32,000 bases of DNA from Acaryochloris thomasi RCC1774 (lineage in GTDB: Bacteria > Cyanobacteriota > Cyanobacteriia > Thermosynechococcales > Thermosynechococcaceae), in contig NZ_PQWO01000004.1 of NCBI RefSeq assembly GCF_003231495.1, positions 240,001-272,000 on the forward strand, given 5' to 3'. The notes beneath the pieces were generated by a model that was not told the origin of the DNA, made no database searches, and was given only the letters and a program-made list of their open reading frames with translations. Shown piece after piece: positions 1 to 9,054 of this stretch; the stretch's first letter is position 1; each line of letters starts with the position of its first letter. A program made the position numbers and the translations under genes.

Positions 1-3000
1 AGAGATTAAGGGTAAGTGAGGCAGACGATAGCTTACCTCATTCGCTACCTGACGAAAGGCATCCAGCATGGGGGCCATTAGCTGCGAGTGAAAGGCATGG
101 GAAACCCGCAGCCACCGCATTTTAATACCCGCAGTGGTAAGGTCGGCCACCATCGATTCAATGGTCTGGTGATCTCCTGAAACCACGATGTTCTCTGGCC
201 CGTTTTCAGCCGCAATGGTTGCCGAGGCAGCATAGGGCTGCAGCATTTCCTGCACTCTGGTTGCCGAGGCAAAGATAGCCACCATCGCTCCCGTTTGCGG
301 CAGTTTCTGCATCAGATGCGCGCGCGTCGCCACTAGCTTTAGAGCATCTTCTAGAGAGAAGACACCGGCCACACAGGCCGCTACATATTCCCCGACACTG
401 TGCCCCATCACCACGGCGGGCTGAATGCCCCAGGACTGCCACAGCCGACAGAGGGCGTATTCCACGGCAAATAGAGCCGGTTGCGTATAGGCGGTCTGAT
501 CGAGCAGATCTCGCTCAAGCGTAGACTCAGACGCAGCGTTCGGAGGATAGAGAATGTCGAGGAGGGACTGGTCAAGGTAGTTCTGAAGGATGCGATCGCA
601 TCTCTCTAAAATCTCTCGGAATAGAGGCTGTGTCTTATAGAGCTGTCGCCCCATCCCCGAATACTGAGACCCCTGCCCCGTGAATAGAAAGGCTGTTTGA
701 GATCCCCCTGCCGCACCACTATGCGCCGTTTTTTTCCCTTCGAGATAGTCCGTCAGCCGTTGTTCCAGCGTTGAAATCGAATCCGATACTGCGGCAAAGC
801 GATACTCCAGGGACGAGCGCCCTGTGTTCGCTGAATAGCAAAGATCCGCTAGGTTCGGCGAGGTCTGCAGATGATCAACGTAGCTAAGAACCAATTCCCT
901 CAACGCGGGTTCGGTCTTCGCCGATAGGGTTAGCAGATGCCAAGGCCGGTCAGGCTGAGGGGTCGGAGGCACTTCAGCTACTTGAGGCGCAGCCTCGATC
1001 ACCACATGGGCATTGGTGCCGCCGAAGCCAAAGGAACTCACCCCAGCAAATCTTTGAGCTTGCGACCATGCCCGATGCTGCGTCGGCACGTCAAGGGGCG
1101 TTCCCTTCAGATCGATCAGACTGTTGATCTCGTTTAGGTGCAAATGGGGAGGAATGGATTCATGCTGCAGCGCCAGCACAATCTTCAGCAGTCCGGCAAT
1201 TCCCGCCGCTGCTTCTAAATGACCAATATTCGTTTTCACCGACCCAATCCAGCAGGGCTGCTCGGGGTCTCGATCCTGGAGTAGAACCGTCTTGAGAGCG
1301 CTCATCTCGATGGGGTCACCGAGAGACGTTCCCGTGCCGTGGGCATCCACATAGCTAATTTGGTCCGGCGTCACCTGGGCCTGCGCGAGAGCCTGATGAA
1401 TCACCGCCTGCTGCGCGGGACCGTTGGGTGCCGTGAGGCCGTTGCTGCGACCATCTTGATTGATCGCGGAACCCCGAATCACGGCCAGAACATTGTCGCC
1501 ATCGGCCTGGGCCTGCGATAGACGCTTGAGCAACACAACGCCGCAGCCTTCACCGCGCACATAGCCATCGGCGCTGTCGTCAAAGGTTTTACAGCGGCCA
1601 TCCGCGGCCAGCATTCCGGCTTGAGCAAAGGTGTCGGTCAGGGTTGAGGATAAAATCAGATTGACGCCGCCGACGAGCGCCTGATCGCATTCCCCCTGGC
1701 GGATACTCTGGCTAGCGAGATGCACCGCAACTAGTGAAGAGGAGCAGGCCGTATCCACCGCGAGAGAAGGGCCGCGCAAATCAAGCAGATAGGACAGGCG
1801 ATTGGCGGCAATACTGTGGGCGTTGCCGGTACCGGAATAGGCGCTCACGTCCTGCGGCATTTGAGCATAGTCAGAGCTGCTCATGCCGATGAAGACGCCC
1901 GTGGCCGTCTGCGCGAGCTGGTGGGGCGGGATGCCGGCCTGCTCTAGGGTTTCCCAAACCACCTCTAGCAAAAGGCGCTGCTGCGGATCCATATACTCCG
2001 CTTCACGGGGAGAAATGCCGAAGAATTGAGCGTCAAACTGATCAACCTGCTCTAGATAGCCACCCGGAGCGTGGGGGACGCGGCTACAGCCCTTTTGAAT
2101 GGCATCTACGCCGTTGGACAATAGATTCCAAAAAGCGTCAGGGTTTTCTGCTCTAGGGAAACGACAGCCCATGCCGACAACCGCGATCGCTTCTACGGCA
2201 TGACCCTCTATCTGCGGAGCCTGAATAACGGCTTCAGTGCCCAGGTAGTGCGCTAAGGCTGCAATCGAGGGATAGTCATAGACCAAGGTGGGTGACAGAG
2301 ACCGGCCTAACCAGTCCTGTAGCTCTCCCGTGAGCTGAACGGCAGCCATCGAATCTAAGCCACTTTCAGAAAAGGGCTGATGAGGATCAATATCAGCCGT
2401 CTGCAGGCCCAAACGCCGCGCAATATTGTTTCTCAGCCAGTCTTGGATAGCCTCTGCCATTGCAGATGTAGGCTGAGGCCTCGGCGACTCGCTCGACGAC
2501 TCACAAACGTTTTGCTCGAGCGGTTGGGCAGATGCGGGATCAATCCACTGACCCAAAACATTTAAATTATTTTCGACCACACCCTGGCGGCAAGCAAATC
2601 GTCGAATTTTACCGCTGGAGGTCTTGGGAATGCTGCCGGTCTTGAGCAGAACAATCTGCCAAGGCTGGAGTTGATGTTGCTGAACAACAGCTTTGCGGAT
2701 TGCGGCGGTCACGGCGTCACTATCCAATCGTCGAATCGCGGTTCGCTGGACCTCTTGGGCAATGACGAGACGCTCTTCTCCCTCTACTTCCATGGAGAAA
2801 GCAGCACCGCAGGCAGGACGGAGGGCTTCATGGCTCTGCTCCACTGTCGCTTCGATATCTTGAGGATAGTGGTTGCGTCCCCGGATAATAATCAGATCTT
2901 TGAGGCGTCCTGTGACGAATAGCTCTCCGTCCTGCAGAAAGCCTAAATCGCCTGTGCGGAGGAAGGGACCAGCTTTGGTATCCTTCAGATAAGCGTTGAA

Positions 3001-4248
3001 GGTCTGCTCTGTTTTTTCAGCTTGCTGCCAGTAGCCTTGGGCGACACTGGGGCCAGAAACCCAGATCTCTCCGATGCCGCTGTTGTCGACTGAAGTCAGA
3101 GTATCGGGATTTGCGATCGCAACCTTCAAGTCTGCGGGCACCCGCCCACTACTGACCACCGTGCGCGTTCCGGGCTGATCGGGAGTTCCTGACACCACAC
3201 GATTGTGGGTAATCCCCTCCTCGCAAATCGTTTTGAGAACCGGCGGATCTTGATGAACAGCCCCCGTCGTAATCAGCGTCGTCTCCGCCATCCCGTAGCA
3301 GGGATAAAAGGCTTCGCGCTTAAACCCGTAGGGCGCAAAGGTCTCTGCAAATAAATCAAGGGTCTCAGCCCGAATCGGCTCCGCCCCTGTGAAAGCTAGA
3401 TTCCAATGGCTTAGATCTAGACCTTCACACTGCTCAGGCTTCACCTGTCGCGCACAGAGATCGTAGGCAAAATTGGGACCACCACTGGTTGTCGCCCTGA
3501 AATTAGAGATTGCTCGCAACCAGCTCACGGGCTTCTGCAAAAACGCCACGGGCGGCATCAGAGCCACCGGGAACCCCGCATAGAGCGGCTGCAGAACGCC
3601 ACCAATCAATCCCATATCGTGATAAGGCGGAAGCCAGATCACGCCCTGACTTTTAGCGCTGTGACCAAAGAAGTCGTAAATCAAAGAAGAATTATGCAGC
3701 AAGTTACCGTGGCTGACCATGACCCCCTTGGGGTTACCGGTGGAGCCAGAGGTGTACTGCAAAAAAGCAAGATTTTGGGCCGTTAGCTGAGGCTCCTGCC
3801 AGCCGTCAGCCAGCGCCACATCTAATGTATCCGTTGCTAGACACTGGAGCGATAATAGCCCCCCCAACTGCTGCTCAATTTTGCTCAGTAGACCTGCGGT
3901 TGTCAGAGCGACCTTAGCCTGGGCATCCGTAATCACGGCCTCTAAGCGGGCCATCATTTGCTTAGAGCGCGGCGGATAGGCCGGGACGGGAATCGCCCCT
4001 GCGTAGAGACAGCCAAAAAATGCCGTAACAAAGCTCAGGTCTGGGGCATACAGCAGTAGCGCCCGCTCGTCAGCCATTCCCAAAGACTGGAGTTGAGTTG
4101 CGATCGCACGGGCCTGTCGATCAAGATCGCTGTAGGTGAGTCGCGCCGATTCCGTTTCACCGTCTTGCAAGAAGATGAATGCGGTCTGATCAGATTGGTG
4201 TTGGGCGCGGTAACGCAGCAGCTCAACTAACGTCGAAAAATCATGCAT
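1..4248 (-). CDS. Modular polyketide synthase, N-terminal part: fatty acyl-AMP ligase (FAAL), ACP, ketosynthase, malonyl-type acyltransferase. The 3' end lies beyond the left window edge.
   Basis: The gene is absent from the ORF track because there is no stop codon inside the window. The minus frame is open from the ATG at 4248-4246 to position 1 (1416 codons), and no track ORF falls in this frame. My own translation starts MHDFSTLVELLRYRAQ. Motifs checked in frame: FAAL core AQNLAFLQYTSGSTGNPKGV (3780-3721); ACP site FSESGLDSMAA with the Ser codon at 2350-2352; KS active site VDTACSSSL (1732-1758) with the Cys codon at 1744-1746; KS DAHGTG near 1330-1347; AT GQGSQ near 665-680; AT MGHSVGE with the Ser codon at 397-399; AT HAFHS at 85-99. 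Confidence 0.9.
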   Translation of the reverse strand, partial: MHDFSTLVELLRYRAQHQSDQTAFIFLQDGETESARLTYSDLDRQARAIATQLQSLGMADERALLLYAPDLSFVTAFFGCLYAGAIPVPAYPPRSKQMMARLEAVITDAQAKVALTTAGLLSKIEQQLGGLLSLQCLATDTLDVALADGWQEPQLTAQNLAFLQYTSGSTGNPKGVMVSHGNLLHNSSLIYDFFGHSAKSQGVIWLPPYHDMGLIGGVLQPLYAGFPVALMPPVAFLQKPVSWLRAISNFRATTSGGPNFAYDLCARQVKPEQCEGLDLSHWNLAFTGAEPIRAETLDLFAETFAPYGFKREAFYPCYGMAETTLITTGAVHQDPPVLKTICEEGITHNRVVSGTPDQPGTRTVVSSGRVPADLKVAIANPDTLTSVDNSGIGEIWVSGPSVAQGYWQQAEKTEQTFNAYLKDTKAGPFLRTGDLGFLQDGELFVTGRLKDLIIIRGRNHYPQDIEATVEQSHEALRPACGAAFSMEVEGEERLVIAQEVQRTAIRRLDSDAVTAAIRKAVVQQHQLQPWQIVLLKTGSIPKTSSGKIRRFACRQGVVENNLNVLGQWIDPASAQPLEQNVCESSSESPRPQPTSAMAEAIQDWLRNNIARRLGLQTADIDPHQPFSESGLDSMAAVQLTGELQDWLGRSLSPTLVYDYPSIAALAHYLGTEAVIQAPQIEGHAVEAIAVVGMGCRFPRAENPDAFWNLLSNGVDAIQKGCSRVPHAPGGYLEQVDQFDAQFFGISPREAEYMDPQQRLLLEVVWETLEQAGIPPHQLAQTATGVFIGMSSSDYAQMPQDVSAYSGTGNAHSIAANRLSYLLDLRGPSLAVDTACSSSLVAVHLASQSIRQGECDQALVGGVNLILSSTLTDTFAQAGMLAADGRCKTFDDSADGYVRGEGCGVVLLKRLSQAQADGDNVLAVIRGSAINQDGRSNGLTAPNGPAQQAVIHQALAQAQVTPDQISYVDAHGTGTSLGDPIEMSALKTVLLQDRDPEQPCWIGSVKTNIGHLEAAAGIAGLLKIVLALQHESIPPHLHLNEINSLIDLKGTPLDVPTQHRAWSQAQRFAGVSSFGFGGTNAHVVIEAAPQVAEVPPTPQPDRPWHLLTLSAKTEPALRELVLSYVDHLQTSPNLADLCYSANTGRSSLEYRFAAVSDSISTLEQRLTDYLEGKKTAHSGAAGGSQTAFLFTGQGSQYSGMGRQLYKTQPLFREILERCDRILQNYLDQSLLDILYPPNAASESTLERDLLDQTAYTQPALFAVEYALCRLWQSWGIQPAVVMGHSVGEYVAACVAGVFSLEDALKLVATRAHLMQKLPQTGAMVAIFASATRVQEMLQPYAASATIAAENGPENIVVSGDHQTIESMVADLTTAGIKMRWLRVSHAFHSQLMAPMLDAFRQVANEVSYRLPHLPLIS

Positions 4249-4760
4249 AGTATTTGGGAACTTATTAATCGAGCCGGTTAGTTCGCTCCTTTTTACTGCG
4301 GGACTTTAGAATTGGTCTTGACCCCTGACCGTTAGCGACCCCGTTTAACGCTGAAATTAGCAGCAGATGGCTAATCTCGAACCCATTTATCAGCCAAACC
4401 TCAAAAAACGGTTCAAATTAGGATTTCATTAAAATCATAAAATCTTTTAAAGTTTACTCCACTCTTACCCCTCAACTTCATTTGGCTGTTTTGAACCCGT
4501 CAACAATGGTCAAGTGAGTCATAAACTGAACCTATATATAGTTCCTACAGCAACCGAGCATAGAGGTTTATGCTGGATCGCAAAAGATTGATAGTCGGGT
4601 TCTTAGACGTCTTTTATGAGACCGCGTTCCCCTTCTAGGTTCCTCTAGCTCGAGTCCCAGAGACATCCTGGTCATGGAACTGAATCTTCGAGACAGACAG
4701 CAGGGCGTATCCCATTCGTGAACAATTCCATCATGTCTGCTGCGGCAGTCAGAATGGGCC

Positions 4761-4801
4761 ATGTTTGGCAGAGATAGTGGCTACGTTTGGCCACGTTTGG
4801 C
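4761..4801. promoter_or_regulatory. Three copies of the motif (A/C)(T/C)GTTTGGC upstream of the STAND gene; possible operator
   Basis: ATGTTTGGC at 4761-4769, ACGTTTGGC at 4783-4791 and ACGTTTGGC at 4793-4801. The last two copies are 10 bp apart. The cluster lies 73-113 bp upstream of the ATG at 4874. Confidence 0.25.
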
Positions 4802-4873
4802 CTCGACTTGAGGATGCCAGATTAAACTGATGAATAGAGAGTGCAAACAGGGTTCAGAAATCGGAATTTCGCG

Positions 4874-6484
4874 ATGCCGCAATCAACGCTGACAGCTTCT
4901 ACCATCGGACTCAAGCAGGCTCAGAAAGCACTGCAGTCCTTAGGTCTGTCCCAAAGGGGCTTAGCCTCTGCAATTCAGCTGGCTCATGAGTATGCCTTTG
5001 TGAGTCGAGGGGTCATCGACAAATTTTTCAACGGCCTCCCGATTAGAAATGAGGGGTTCGTTCTCATTTGCAAAACTTTGAATCTAGACTGGGCAGGGAT
5101 TGTAGGGCTAGAGACATCACCTACAGTACAGGAAGCATCGGAACCTTTTTCGACACAGCCAACTCAGCAGCATCGAGTAAAGACCGAAACGGTGGGCATC
5201 AACCGAGCTGTAGTGGATAGCCCGACGAACTTACCTCGCAGTGGCATTAAAGACTTTGTTGGACGTAACGAACCACTACAGCAACTGCACCGACAACTAC
5301 AGGCCTCAGAACGAGCAGAGATTTCAGTGATTTCAGGCATGGGAGGCATTGGCAAAACAGAACTAGCGTTACAGTATGCTCTACAGTCCTATCAGCAGCA
5401 GACTTACCCAGGCGGGATCTGTTGGCTACAGGCCCAAGAGCAGAACATCGGAGCACAAATTGTTGATTTTGCTCAGGTTCAGTTGGGTCTAAACGTACCG
5501 CAAGAGTTGCCCCTAGAGCAGCAAGTTGCCTTCTGCTGGAGGTATTGGCCCCCTGGCTCTGTACTTGTAGTTTTGGATCACGTCATAGACTATCGCAGCG
5601 TCGAACACTATCTACCAAGCGCAAAATCACGCTTCAAGGTGTTGATAACAACCCGGCAGGCTCAGCTTGCCGAAGGATTAATATCGCTACAGCTAGACGT
5701 TTTGAGCGAAGCGGGGGGACTAGATCTCCTACGTTCTTTAATAGGGACAGCGCGGATCAACCAGGAGCTACAATCCGCGAAAGAGCTGTGTCAACGGCTG
5801 GGCTGCCTGCCCTTGGGTCTAAATCTCGTAGGCAGCTACTTAGCGAGAAAGCTTGACTGGTCTTTAGATCAGATGTTAGAGGAGTTGGCGACGAAAGGCT
5901 TAGCAACGCCCGCTCTAGATAAAACCCTACCGGGAATGACCGCCCAACACGGAATTGTTGCGGCCTTTAATATGAGCTGGAAATCACTGAATGAAGAGGG
6001 ACGACGGCTGGCCTGCTTTCTAAGCTGTTTTGCTCAGGCTCCCATTCCGTGGATTTTAGTAGAAGGCGCACTGGGGTGGGATCGGTCAACGCTGGAGGAA
6101 TTACGAGATGAGCAGCTGTTCGGTTTACATTTGCTGGAGCGGTTAGACAATGGCGTCTATCGCTTGCATCATCTCGTGTGGGAATTTTTTCGAGAGCAGC
6201 TCGAAAATGACGAGACGTGCGCAGAGGTGAAACACGCATTCTGTCGTCAGATGATTGCTGTTGCTAAATGGATGCCGCAGACCGCAACGTTCCGACAGCT
6301 CCGAATTGCAGAAGTTGTGATTCCTCATCTAACCGAGGCGTTGGCGATCTCAACATCGCATGAACTCCGACGGGTACTCTTTTCCGAGCTTCGGCAGATC
6401 ATTGTCATTGAGTTGCGCCAGCTAATCTTCAGCATGATTAAGCGGCTCATTGCCAGTCCGCTCCGGCGAGTTGTGCTCAGCTGA
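4874..6484 (+). CDS. STAND NTPase: N-terminal HTH-like domain plus NB-ARC ATPase. The C-terminal repeat (TPR/WD40) module appears to be missing.
   Basis: Track ORF 4841..6484. I prefer the ATG at 4874 (MPQSTL) to the GTG at 4841. The Walker A motif SGMGGIGKTELA lies at about 5336-5365. The N-terminus carries FFNG..I....F..IC..LNLDW..IVG, typical of the HTH domain that heads cyanobacterial NB-ARC proteins. A winged-helix-like YRLHHLVWEFFREQL is present. The last ~60 aa are low-complexity (ELRQ repeats) and no TPR or WD40 repeats follow. Confidence 0.75.
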   Translation: MPQSTLTASTIGLKQAQKALQSLGLSQRGLASAIQLAHEYAFVSRGVIDKFFNGLPIRNEGFVLICKTLNLDWAGIVGLETSPTVQEASEPFSTQPTQQHRVKTETVGINRAVVDSPTNLPRSGIKDFVGRNEPLQQLHRQLQASERAEISVISGMGGIGKTELALQYALQSYQQQTYPGGICWLQAQEQNIGAQIVDFAQVQLGLNVPQELPLEQQVAFCWRYWPPGSVLVVLDHVIDYRSVEHYLPSAKSRFKVLITTRQAQLAEGLISLQLDVLSEAGGLDLLRSLIGTARINQELQSAKELCQRLGCLPLGLNLVGSYLARKLDWSLDQMLEELATKGLATPALDKTLPGMTAQHGIVAAFNMSWKSLNEEGRRLACFLSCFAQAPIPWILVEGALGWDRSTLEELRDEQLFGLHLLERLDNGVYRLHHLVWEFFREQLENDETCAEVKHAFCRQMIAVAKWMPQTATFRQLRIAEVVIPHLTEALAISTSHELRRVLFSELRQIIVIELRQLIFSMIKRLIASPLRRVVLS

Positions 6485-6733
6485 AGCAGGTTAGCCAGGT
6501 TCTAGAAAATCCTTCAGCATTCCAGCAAAGAGAGTGATCAGAGTGTCAGTAATCTGCCTGCTCCATCAACACTGGTAGACTTTGGGCCAAGGAACGGAGT
6601 TATCTGAGCTATGCCGACCATTTTGATAACTCGATCGCTTTGTCTGCGTAGGTCCTAATAGTATTCTTGAGGGATATCAGTTCCCCTTGAACGTCCTCAA
6701 CGGGACTGTCCTACTTGGTGATGAAGAGGTGTA

Positions 6734-8599
6734 ATGCGGCGCATTTTAGGACTAGCATTCATGGCTCTGGCTGTGACATCATTCCCTGTTAATGCAGGGG
6801 AATCTCTCAAAGTCGTTTATCCCATCGATGGACACACCACGTCAGCCGAGAAAATCTTCTTTATCGGTACAGCCCCTGCAGATGGCAGCGTTACGATTAA
6901 CGGCCAACAGATTGCGAACCGAAGCCCCAGCGGTAATTTTGCCCCCAGCCTCCCGCTGAAACCTGGGGAAAATACATTCACGCTCCAGCATGGGAAGCAA
7001 ACGGTCACCCTGAACATTATCCGCACAGTTACTGACCCTACGGAGACCGGCTTCAGTACGCTAGCCCCCACCACTGATATTACTCGTCAGTCCCAAGAGC
7101 CCATTTGCTTTAGTGCCGTTGCTCCCCCAGAGTCAGATGTCTCAGTCAAAATAGGAGGCCAAACGCTTACGCTTCAGAGCCAGACTAGTAGCGCCCTTCC
7201 GCCTAATTCAGCAGTGTTGACCGACCAAAACCAGCCAGCCAGCGCCAGCGGCCAATACCAAGGCTGCACAACCTTCATAAAGCCAGGGAAGCTAGGCTCA
7301 CCCCTCTTTCAACTCCGCACAGACGGCCAAACCATCAAGCAAAAAGGACCGGGCAGCGTTGAGATTCTCGACACTACCTTTGAAACGATAGAAGTGCTGA
7401 GCGAGCAAGGTGTCGCTCGCACTGGCCCCAGCACCAATCACTCGCGGCTTACCCCCCTACCCCAAGGAACCCGCGCTCGGGTCACGGGCAAAGAAGGTGA
7501 ATGGCTACGGCTCGACTACGGTGGCTGGATTAAAGCCGCAGAGACACAGGCACTTCCCCCAGGTCTGCTGCCCCAGGCCACGATTCGCAGCTTTCGCAGT
7601 CGCATCATCCCTAACTGGACTGAGGTTGTATTCCCGCTCACAACAGCAGTACCAATTTCAGTTGATCAGCGGGGTAGTACCTTTTCTCTCACGCTCCACA
7701 ATGCCACTGCAGAAACCGATACCAACGCCATTAAAGACGACCCGATCATTGAACGCCTAGATTGGTCGCAGCCAGATCCGAGTAAAATCCAGTACCACTT
7801 TCAGTTCAAATCCAATCAGCAATGGGGTTATAAGCTGCGCTACGAAGGCACGAATTTAGTCCTCTCTTTACGCCATCCCCCTGCTTCGCTTAGCACTACA
7901 CGTTCAGGTTCTACGTCATTAGCCCTATTGAGCAGTTCTCGTGGACGATCAGATCCACCGACTCTATCGCCAGAAAGCCTTGTCCACAGCAGGAATCGAG
8001 CGCCAGGGTCTGAAGTTTCTCCTTATCTCAATGGCGTCAAAATTCTGCTGGATGCTGGTCATGGCGGTGCGGAGACAGGGGCTGTGGGGCCAACAGGTAT
8101 ACCCGAGAAAACAATCAACCTACAGGTCACCAAACTTCTGCAGCAGGAACTCCAGCAACGGGGCGCGACAGTTCTAATGACGCGCGAAGAGGATGTGGAT
8201 GTGTCGCTAGGCGATCGAGTCCAAATGATTCAGACTCAAGATCCGAACATTGCCCTCAGCATCCACTACAACGCTCTCCCCGACAGCGGCGACGCCATCA
8301 ACACTGCCGGAATCGGCATGTTTTGGTATCACGCTCAAAGCCACCATCCCTCGCAGTTCCTCTATGAATATCTCGTAACCGAGCTAGACCGTCCCCGATA
8401 CGGTGTTTTTTGGAATAACCTAGCCCTCACTCGCCCCACCGCCGCTCCCGCCGTTCTACTGGAGCTAGGGTTTATGATCAATCCAACCGAGTTCGAGTGG
8501 ATCAGCGACCCGCAAGCGCAACGTCAGCTGGCGTCAACCTTAGCGGATGGCATCACGGCTTGGTTCCTGACGCAAGCAACGCAAGCCCCCGCTCCATAA
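6734..8599 (+). CDS. N-acetylmuramoyl-L-alanine amidase (Amidase_3 family), secreted, with an SH3b-like middle region
   Basis: N-terminal signal peptide MRRILGLAFMALAVTSFPVNA. The C-terminal catalytic domain reads KILLDAGHGGAETGAVGP...INLQV...MTRE.D..VSL..R...IQ...NIALSIHYNA. An SH3b-like segment reads ARVTGKEGEWLRLDYGGWI. Confidence 0.85.
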   Translation: MRRILGLAFMALAVTSFPVNAGESLKVVYPIDGHTTSAEKIFFIGTAPADGSVTINGQQIANRSPSGNFAPSLPLKPGENTFTLQHGKQTVTLNIIRTVTDPTETGFSTLAPTTDITRQSQEPICFSAVAPPESDVSVKIGGQTLTLQSQTSSALPPNSAVLTDQNQPASASGQYQGCTTFIKPGKLGSPLFQLRTDGQTIKQKGPGSVEILDTTFETIEVLSEQGVARTGPSTNHSRLTPLPQGTRARVTGKEGEWLRLDYGGWIKAAETQALPPGLLPQATIRSFRSRIIPNWTEVVFPLTTAVPISVDQRGSTFSLTLHNATAETDTNAIKDDPIIERLDWSQPDPSKIQYHFQFKSNQQWGYKLRYEGTNLVLSLRHPPASLSTTRSGSTSLALLSSSRGRSDPPTLSPESLVHSRNRAPGSEVSPYLNGVKILLDAGHGGAETGAVGPTGIPEKTINLQVTKLLQQELQQRGATVLMTREEDVDVSLGDRVQMIQTQDPNIALSIHYNALPDSGDAINTAGIGMFWYHAQSHHPSQFLYEYLVTELDRPRYGVFWNNLALTRPTAAPAVLLELGFMINPTEFEWISDPQAQRQLASTLADGITAWFLTQATQAPAP

Positions 8600-8619
8600 A
8601 TCAAATCAAGTACACCTTT

Positions 8620-9054
8620 ATGACCTCAGAACAACAGCAGCAGCACCGCCTCATTCTCCAGATCCTCATGGGGTCTGCCTGGGCCGATCAGCATTTAGAG
8701 CCGCAGGAAGTGAGCTACCTGCAGAACTTACTCCAGCGTTATCATCTCAGCCATGATTCTGAGCTGCAGTCCCTTCTAGAAAACCCTGTTTCTCCCCAGC
8801 AGACTGAGAACTGGATCGTGGCCTACCTCAGAAACGCAGACGAAGAAGAGCGCCTGATCCTGCTGGCTAAAATTGGCAAGCTTTTGATCTCTGACGACGA
8901 TGTTTCAGACAGTGAACATGACCTACTCGATCGCTACTACGAACTCATGGACCGCACACCGCACCATAGCGAAGCCATTCCTAAACTAGTGAAGACGCTG
9001 GGTCAGTTTGTCCGTGACTCGATAAAGACCATTAGCGAGCTTGCTGAGCGATAG
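8620..9054 (+). CDS. TerB-like (tellurite-resistance TerB family) small protein
   Basis: Track ORF 8497..9054, but its first 41 codons overlap the amidase in another frame. The ATG at 8620 (MTSEQQQQHRL) follows the amidase stop. The pattern LMGSAWADQHLEPQEVSYLQNLL plus an acidic helical repeat resembles TerB-family proteins. Confidence 0.5.
   Translation: MTSEQQQQHRLILQILMGSAWADQHLEPQEVSYLQNLLQRYHLSHDSELQSLLENPVSPQQTENWIVAYLRNADEEERLILLAKIGKLLISDDDVSDSEHDLLDRYYELMDRTPHHSEAIPKLVKTLGQFVRDSIKTISELAER

Noticed and set aside
78-4226. Short track ORFs in the first 4.2 kb (78..272, 206..442, 937..1137, 1339..1521, 2380..2565, 2671..2922, 4035..4226)
   Set aside because: All of them lie in other frames or on the opposite strand of the continuous FAAL-ACP-KS-AT reading frame. 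Their products are low-complexity, Arg/Cys-rich shadow-frame translations.
6560-6630. A TAGCTCAG-like string on the minus strand (complement of 6604-6611), reminiscent of a tRNA D-arm
   Set aside because: There is no acceptor-stem pairing, no GGTTCGAATCC-like T-arm and no anticodon stem around it, so it is a chance match.
8497-8619. Upstream extension of the TerB-like ORF, overlapping the amidase 3' end by 103 nt
   Set aside because: The extension is read in an alternative frame of the well-supported amidase catalytic domain. The ATG at 8620, just after the amidase stop, gives a sensible N-terminus.
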